DNA of 63,300 bases, filler included, from Bipalium vagum (lineage: Eukaryota): NCBI GenBank assembly GCA_037834085.1. It is 3 parts of 3 records of this genome, joined end to end, with 100 filler letters (N's around TTAATTAATTAA, not from the genome) between each part and the next. Parts side by side here need not be neighbours in the genome. Positions count along the whole stretch, not along the records: positions 46,150 to 63,300 come from JBBMKC010076477.1; 2 more parts are not named here. The stretch is one strand, 5' to 3'. Shown here piece after piece: positions 55,149 to 63,300 of the stretch; position 1 is the first letter of the stretch; each line of letters starts with the position of its first letter. The position numbers were made by a program, and so were the translations under genes. A model generated the notes under the pieces. That model did no database searches. It was not told where the DNA came from and saw nothing but the letters and a program-made list of their open reading frames with translations.

Positions 55149-56400
55149 TTGGGGAGTCTAAAGAGTTTCCGCCGATTTTGTTAATAGACGGTGAAAATGT
55201 TCTTTATATTTTATTTGGTTGAAATTGATTTTGTTTTAATATATCATTTTATAATTGATTATAATCCTGGCATTCAATTAACTTTAAAAAGTAGGCATTT
55301 TGATTAATTAATAAAATTTTATTCATCTTTAGAAATGGATATAAATAAAGAAGAAATGCGATACATTATGAAATTTTATTTTTTGAACGGTAAAAATGCT
55401 ACACAGGTAACTAAAAAGATTAATGCTGTTTATGGAGCGTATACTGTTTCGGATAGAACAGTTCGTGAATGGTTCGCTAAATTTCGTTCCGGAAATTTTG
55501 ATGTCAAAGACGCACCTCGTTCTGGCTGACCAATCTTTGAAAAGTCGATAAAATAATTCGTAAGGTTGAAATATGCAGGAATATAAGCAGCCACGAAAAC
55601 GCTCACTAATTGGAGATTCATCATCAAACAGTTTTAAATCATTTGGAGAAATGTGGATATACAAAGAAACTGGATGTATGGATACCGCATAATTTGACTG
55701 AAAAGAATTTGAAAGATCGAATTTCAATATGCCAAACATCGTTGAATAAAACATGATCGATCCATTTTTGAAACGTCTTATTACATGTGACGAAAAATGG
55801 ATCAATTACAATAATAACATACGAAAAAGGTCTTGGAAAAAATGTGGTATGACCTCACAAACTGTAGCGAAACCAAAAATAACTTCAAGGAAGTTATTGC
55901 TCTGTGTCTGGTGGGATTACAATGGAATAGTCCATTATGAACTACTCCAACCAGGAAAAAATAAACTCAGTTATCTACATTGAACAATTGACAAGAGTAT
56001 ATCAAGAAATTGCAAGAAAGCGTCCCGAATTAATCAATAGGAAAAACTTGTGTTTCACGTATCTTTCATGACGCAGCAAAAATTGAGGGATCTTGATTGG
56101 GAAATTTTGTTGCATCCTTCGTATTGTCCTGATATAGCACCGTCAGACTATTATCTTTTTTGCTAATTGCAGAACTCCCTTAATGGTGTAAAATTAAATT
56201 CAAAAGAGAATTGCGAAAAGCACATTTTGCCAATAAATCAAAAAATTTTTACAGTGACGGAATTTTGGCTTTACCACAAAATAGCAAGACATTGTCGATC
56301 AAAATGGTAATTATGTAATTTTATAAAATTTTCAATTCGACCTTATCTTTCTAATTTTGTCATTTCACCAAAATCGGCGGAAACTTTTTAGACTACCCAA
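55149..56400 (+). mobile_element. Near full-length mariner (mellifera-like), 1252 bp, inactivated
   Basis: Near-matching TIRs TTGGGGAGTCTAAAGAGTTTCCGCCGATTTTG / CAAAATCGGCGGAAACTTTTTAGACTACCCAA with TA flanks. MDINKEEMRYIMKFYF, WIPHNL, ITCDEKWI, LLCVWWD, HPSYCPDIAPSDY; contains stops and frameshifts and lacks the HDNARPH segment. Confidence 0.92.
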
Positions 56401-57856
56401 TATTATTTTATTTGATGAGGAGTCTTTTCAATGAACCCATTCAGTGAAGAGGAATAAAGGGTTACCCCATATTCTTCTTTCCTGAAGTACACAAAGAAGG
56501 GCATGGAGTAAGAGAGATCTGTCTAGATATCACTTTTATTTTAGTTTTTCTGCTGGGGTTTTATTAAATGTGTTCATGTGAAATGTCCGACTTTAATATA
56601 TGAAAGTAGAACTGCATTATTAACAAGCACAAACACTTTTTCCAAGAAATAGTTACCCTTTGAATCAACTGTCAGGTAAGCCTAAAATGATTGGTTTGTT
56701 AAAGATTTTTTTTCTTCACTCGAGAATCCTGGAAAACAAAAATGACAGAGGATCGATTGATATGGAGTATAAAGTTGATCAAGTCTCCAAAGATCCTTTA
56801 TCTTATGCCATGTTAATGTCATGCAACAGAATAGGTTTATAAATATTGGCAGGTACTCAGAATGTGAATCACAATTAGTAAATGTGAAATACGTTATTTA
56901 ATTGAAGCGCTATTTATTCAGTTCATATAAACAAAATAAAATACTTATTAGAGTAATAAAAATTGAAAGTCGTTCAATTTGTAATGGAAATAAAAATTAT
57001 GACATTTCTTTTGGCAAGATGGGCCAAAGACATTTTCAGAAGGCAAAATAATAATTTTATTATGTAAACCAGATTTAATTTAATTTAATTAAAGAGTGTT
57101 TTTTAACAAAAAACGGAGCAGTTCAATAAAAAATGATTTTTAAAAAAATTATTTAGAATTAAAAATTATTACAAATTTTAATAATTTAATTTCTTCTTTA
57201 CGAAAATAATTAGTGAACTCTCTTTTGCCAAAATATAGACTCATTATGAAAAATCTTAATTGGAGATGTCTATTTTTATTAAGTTCCAAAATACACATGT
57301 AAAATTTATTATTATTACTGAAATAATAATATATAATATTATATATAATAATATATATAATATTAAAATATTCATTCAAATTGAAAAATGATTTTTCTGC
57401 TGTTATAGATCGGGTCCAAGTCGGGGGGGGGGTTTAAAGATGAGACCGTTTATAAGCATTTTTATTTTTAACCCATTGGTTTATTATTTAAACTTTGTTT
57501 GGTTTCAGAACTCAATCATAAATATTACTGGTCATAATATCATTTTCTCAGTTATATTAGGTTGAGAGAAAACTGATTTATTCATACTTCGAAGGAAATT
57601 AATAATGTCGAGAGTCAGGGATGAAAAGGATAGTAATGATATTTAATAATAATAATAAATTAATTTCAAATCATTAATAATAATAAATCAATAATAACAA
57701 TAAGAAGAAAATCCAAAATAATGAAAAAAATTAAAATCGATATGGCCAGTTTTGTTTTAACAGACTAATTATAACTATCTTAAAGGTGAAATAAAATAAG
57801 TTTTCAAAAATGTTCCATTCTTATTTAAGTAAGTTATAATTTTTTTATAAACCATT

Positions 57857-58591
57857 TATACTCTTCCACAAAAAAGAACTAAAAATTAAAAAAAGGATTT
57901 TCTATTAAAATTATACCGTACAAGCAAATTTAATGATGGAGTTAATAAGTAATATGTCCTCCTCTGTTCTCAATACATTAACTGATTCTTTTGTCCATGC
58001 TCAAAATTATTGTTTGAAAATCTTCTTGAGTTCTGAGTTGTCATTGTTCTAAAAGTCTGATGCGAGCTCTGCAGTTGAAGTTGCTGGTTGCTAGTATCTT
58101 GTTGTTATACATCGACCAAGTTGATCAGTAGCTTGTTCGATGGAAGATATATCAGGTTAGCGTGCAAGCCATGAGAAAACTGGTACATTTCGAGCACTCA
58201 AAACATGTTTTCAGCTACTATTCATGTTGCAACATAAGATGATGCTGTTCAGTACTTGGAATGATGTGCTGGTTGATAATTTCCTGCAAATAATATGTCA
58301 ACAATAATAAATTTTCTGAAACATCACGGACTATCAGTCCGGCTTCGATCATAGCACATAATCGACCTTTATCAAACATTGTGCCTCTGGAAAGACATGT
58401 GAAAGCTGATAAGCCATAATTTTTAAAAATTACTTAATGTTGATATGCGCGCCTAAATTGATATTATTAAAACAAGTGATTATTAAATTACGGATATTTT
58501 ATAAGAAAAACAATTAAAATATTTACTTGTTAGTAATTTTTTGTTTTTCGTTCTTTTTTAATTTTGTGGTACTTTTTTGTGGAAGAGTATA
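57857..58591 (-). mobile_element. Internally deleted Tc1-like element
   Basis: Perfect 20-bp inverted ends TATACTCTTCCACAAAAAAG / CTTTTTTGTGGAAGAGTATA; N-terminal remnant FDKGRLCAMIEAGL on the - strand. Confidence 0.8.
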
Positions 58592-58649
58592 TTTACCAGA
58601 CAACAGTCCTCTTCAGGGGTACGATTATTGATCGTTACAAATTGTATGT

Positions 58650-59500
58650 GGTTAGAATGTGAATTAAATGCATTTAATATCAGAAGTACAATCAGTCCAT
58701 CATGACCAAAAATACACGATACGTTCAATATTTTTCAATCTAAGAAACAGTAATCGATTATTTAATCGGAAAAATGTTATAAAACCGCATATACAAAGTG
58801 TAGGGGGTCAAATTTTAAACAGAAAATCATAAAGATGTTCGATATAGGAAAAGATGTTAAAAAGAATTCAGCATTTTCCGAAATACCGTACTGGAAAAAA
58901 GGAATGTAAAGTCGAATGATTTTCTTTTATTATCTTCCCAACGGCCACAGAAAACATTTATCGAAACGACTCAGCATTCGTCAGACATTGTATCGAATCT
59001 TTTAGGCTTTGCTCGCCAAATTTTTATAGATTCGGTGATGATGAGGAAACACAAATGGTGGAGAAAATGTCATGGTAAAGATAGATGAATAAAGGATCGG
59101 CAAAATTATCTACTGGCAGCCACCAAATTGAACGTTTCTGGATTGTCAGAGTCGTTGAAAGAGCACCAGAAAGGAAGGCATTTCTCAAAGAAATAAAAAA
59201 AGGGAATACTGGAGCATTGCTAAATACACTTTCTATATGTTGGAAATCGGGTTCGATGATATAGAGAGGTTACAATGTGATCAAAACTGTACTTAATGTG
59301 GAACGTAGAGTGGTCAATCATTCATTACATCTTATTAACCGAAATATTGGCCACCATATTTAGTCAATAGAAAAAACCTGGTCAGGGTTAAAAAGAAAAA
59401 CAGCTGCACTTAAGAGAACATCAACAATTGTGCCTCATCTGGAGGCGAAAGAATAACAATGATTTGCGGAATGCATTTATCTCATCGTAAATGAACAGGG
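58650..59500 (+). mobile_element. Merlin (IS1595/ISXO2-like) transposase remnant
   Basis: GGENVMVKIDE, FWIVRVVERAPERKAFL, VVNHSLHLIN...SIEKTWSGLKR. Confidence 0.75.
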
Positions 59501-59699
59501 AATTTTAAATTACATTTGACAAAAATGATTTAAATATTTTCCAGCCAGGGTGCGCCTGTTTCGTATTTTCATCATTCTTTTATTTTCTTGTGTTTTCTTT
59601 ATTCATGACATTAAAAATTCTAAACAAATTGTTATTGTTGTTAAAATCAATAATTATAGCCCTTAAAAGGATTAATAACATTCTCATTAACAACTTTAA

Positions 59700-62600
59700 A
59701 AGTTCTTGACCTTAAAGATTATAAATAGTCCGTTTAAACAAAACGGGCCAAACCGAACATCAACCATGGACGATATCGGGTGCAATTAATGATTATTTGG
59801 TAAATGAGACGCTGAGTTAAGGTGGGAATGAATCATCTTTAAGGTGAAACCTTTGGTAATATTTATGAATGAGAGATGGGACTGGCAGGGTCGTTGGGAG
59901 AACTTGTATCTAAGAAGACTTCAAATCGGTCAGTCTGTTTCAACATTGACACTACGAATCAATCATTAAATTTCGCAAATGTTTCTTCTTGCAGTCAACA
60001 AAAAAGCTTGTCAGAAGTCGGTTTTCAATGTGGAACGTAGATTAATTCATTTAGAGGGGTGATGCAAATTAGCTCCAGGCTTTGTGGTGTATCACGGGCC
60101 GGTTTAACATCTGAGATGTAATTGTGAAGTAATTGGGTAAAAGGTTGAGCTGAAGTCGACAAGTCGTAAGTGTTATTTGACTGTCTTGACATTGTTCATA
60201 TCGATTCATTCACTCTTATTCATTCTTATTGATCAATACTGACGATCAATAATGGCAATAATTGATTGAATTAAAAATGAACTTTGAACACTCAGAGGCC
60301 TTAGCACAAATAATGTTACTCTTGATCAGCTACAGTCGGAAACCTATGTGAACAAGTCAAAAGAACATTTGGCAGCACCATGTCTGGATATTGACGAGAC
60401 ATTGGCCCACCTGATTACTTACCAAAGGGTTACTTAAGCGATCAACAGACACGGAAGTCACAAAGTCTTTATTCCTGGAGAGATGGAAAAGGTTATACTG
60501 TCAAGATAAAAATATCACCATAATGACCAAAAGAGGATTTTTCTTCGTAAGATGAAATTAAGTACCCCTTGACAAGTACCAACCTTGAACCGATGGACCT
60601 TTTGTCAAAAGACTCACTCGACTCTTATCTTCTTTGAACTACCCCCGCCCACAAATTTTCAAGCACGATTTTGTTACTTTTTCCCACGAAAAATCATTAA
60701 TGTCTACCGATTTTATATTTCTTGAATTTTATTTTGTTTAAATGAGCTAAAAAAATATAATAATATTGCCGGGAAAATCAAGCGAGAAAGGCATTATAAA
60801 TTACAAATGGAAATAATTTTATTTTTATAATTTAATCGCGATTTTTCACAAGCGAAAATTGATTTTTTTATTTGCAAAATTAAAATAATAACGATTTTAA
60901 TTCATTAAATCGAACCCGTAATTAAAAATAATAAAAATATAATTATTTTCCCTTTTGATATTTTACTGAAAACCCCATTAAAACCGTTTTCAGCAGAAAT
61001 AATAATTATTTTCGCTCCGTTACTATTTGTTCGAATTTTTTGTTTAAATTAACACTCGTAAAATAAACAGCGTTATTTAAACAAACAAATTTAATTAATT
61101 TTTAATGATTTTTTAAAAATTAAATCAACATTTGAAACGGTGAAAAAATATTTCAAAGATCAATCTGAACGGGAATTAAATATTTGACGAAGGAAAACTT
61201 TGGGAAAGGAAAGGAGAAGTGAAAGCTGGTGGCAAGGTTAAGCCGAGACTTAACCTGAGACTGTTTGAAGAATGAAGAGGAAAACGAAACGCTCGGTGAT
61301 CCGAAATAGTTTCCGGAGGATCAGTGGTGAGGTTCAGAGTTTGCTCTGAGGGTTAAGTAAAGTAGTTGATACCCGCTGTGATGAAATGCTCTTTCAAGTG
61401 GAGAAGCCCAAAATTGCCGATCTCATACTTCGTTGCCTCAGATCCTCGGGGGGTAAGGATTACTCGGTTCATGTATAGATTCAAAGGATAATTGAACGCC
61501 GGAGGAGTTCTCCATCATAAAAGGCTTTTTATTGCTTCAGCCTGTCTCAGACTTGCGATGCGGCAGTCCTCGACTTTAATTACGGATTACATAATGCTCG
61601 TTCAGTCAAAGCATTAAATCGGTACCAAGAGTGGAATTTCCTATTATTCCTCCTTTCAACTAGGAATAATACTAATCTCCCCGTATAATGTTGTAATTAT
61701 CATTCTTTACTGTCACAACGACCAGGAGGGTAGTGGGAGACTTACTTTTTGTACAGGAAGATAAAAGGGTTTAGTTTCAGAATTTGTGTCAAGGAGACAG
61801 CCTTTGTTTCTATTGATGCAGACCCAGACTCCCTTGGCTCCCGTGACTAAATCATTTACAATTCAATCTGTCACAGTTGTTTTCTTATATTATTAAAAAA
61901 TAATAACTCTTTTTAAAACTTTTTTCATAATAAAAAACGCTGGGAATGTTTCCATCGACAAACTTTCGAAGTCTTTAGTTTCCACATTTTGATTGGTTGG
62001 GCAGCTCTACCTCCCCCGCCACATAGTCCTGATTTTGCTCCATCGGACTACCACTATCACCAAGTCAACGCAACGCTCGTTGTCAGGGAAAACCATCAAA
62101 ATGTTGAAGAAGTCCGACTTCGGGTGTTCGATTACGTCCTATCCCAGGAAAGCGAATTCTTCGACAATGGCAAAAGTCGTTGACATTGGTGGAAATTGTC
62201 TTTTAGATGAATATAAATATTGGTTGTTTTCGGCAAAAAAATGTCCATCTTTAAAAGACGCGCACTTCTCACTTAACAACTTGTACCTGACAATGTATTG
62301 TGCCACCCGTATTCCGCACTCATTACAAATCGATTAATTTTTATCAATGTTATCAAAATCCGAAAACAGTTTTGTTTAAACGAGCTTCGTAAATAGCGCT
62401 TCAGTTAAATTACTTATTTCAATTCGAGTCATATTTTTAATGTTGGATCCTTGGTGAGCCACGGAGAAATTTAACCAAGCTCTGAAAGTTGATATTGTAG
62501 CGCAACAAAATAGATCCAAGATTTCGCTCATTTTATAAATCGGAAAATACGGAACGTAGGTACTTCAGAGATCCACTTATATGTGACCTGTCAACACTAA

Positions 62601-63000
62601 TAGCATATCAGCTGAACACCAAAGACCGGATTATTGAGGCCGGCGTTGTCGAAGGGTGATGTCCCCAGTTTTAAGGATATAAAATCCTGTTGGTATTGAT
62701 GCCAGACTTTGTGCTCTCAAAGTGTCGTTGTCCAACGATCTACGCCACCTACGTCTTGATGGATAAGTCTCGACCCAATGCATCGATTGTTATGTCAGAG
62801 TAACAAGTATGTGCAGTGGATAACAACTCCCAACCAACCTTGCATCCAAAGTATCAAAAGAGTGGGACACCTTCAGCACCCCTTTGGCCCAAAGAATTAA
62901 ATGAATCTTCGATGATTTCGAATCACCTTCGCGGAGATGTCCGCAGAATTTAATGAAAACTGTTTCAGAAAATTTTCCTTTTTGCTCTTTTCACTCAGTT
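59700..63000 (-). mobile_element. Highly degraded Gypsy-like pol fragments
   Basis: Scattered motifs only: SVSVDRLS (integrase C-terminus, ~60440), CLLDTNS (protease-like, ~61790), TYLL...WVETYP...QRHFES (integrase core, ~62700-62820). Confidence 0.35.
61900..62284 (+). mobile_element. mariner 3' fragment
   Basis: GWAALPPPPHSPDFAPSDYH...EFFDNG; TIR-like end ...TTAACAACTTG|TA. Confidence 0.75.
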
Positions 63001-63230
63001 GTAATTGATCGAACAGTTCAGCATTATTAAAAGAAGGGCACTCTGAACACAATCTCAAATATCCCCCGGCCTCAGACTTCCTTTCATTTCCTTATGTGAT
63101 ATTTCGGTATTATTTTAATTGCTTTATCCAAGAATTAATAATTAATTTAATTATTTATCTGATCACAACTCAATTATTCGATATCAAAAGATCACGGCAT
63201 TATTATTACCAATATGCATCTCATATATTG

Positions 63231-63232
<2 letters not shown>

Positions 63233-63300
<68 letters not shown>
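63233..63300. repeat. (ATT)n microsatellite
   Basis: Pure ATT run to the window end. Confidence 0.95.

Noticed and set aside
56640-56842. Additional spliced gene (donor CAG|GTAAG at 56675 plus ORF 56660-56842)
   Set aside because: I could not build a phase-consistent model with a start and a recognisable product.

Overview
AT-rich eukaryotic (animal, flatworm-like by kinase sequence; inference) draft-assembly window with three N-gaps, two of them carrying an artificial TTAATTAATTAA linker. Hand-spliced GT-AG gene models: (1) a partial, divergent IP3-receptor-family Ca2+ channel (- strand, 21 exons, 3229-17836, both ends missing); (2) a complete TCTP gene (+, 14524-15273) nested antisense in one of its introns; (3) a complete MARK/PAR-1 kinase (-, 14 exons, 24903-30169); (4) an AMPK alpha subunit (+, 35822-45940, 3' end lost at a gap), head-to-head with MARK; (5) a candidate orphan secreted protein gene with a micro-exon (+, about 50730-54645) that the ORF track does not show. 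Large introns and intergenic DNA are full of decayed transposons: mariners, Tc1, pogo/Tigger, two Merlin copies, an internally deleted Gypsy-like element with ~85-bp LTRs, and a NeSL/R2-type non-LTR retrotransposon that appears to carry two tandem Ulp1-like protease domains. I found no convincing RNA gene, ribozyme or CRISPR array. No clearly new biological system is demonstrated. The best leads are the orphan secreted gene, the TCTP/IP3R antisense nesting and the tandem-Ulp1 retroelement.
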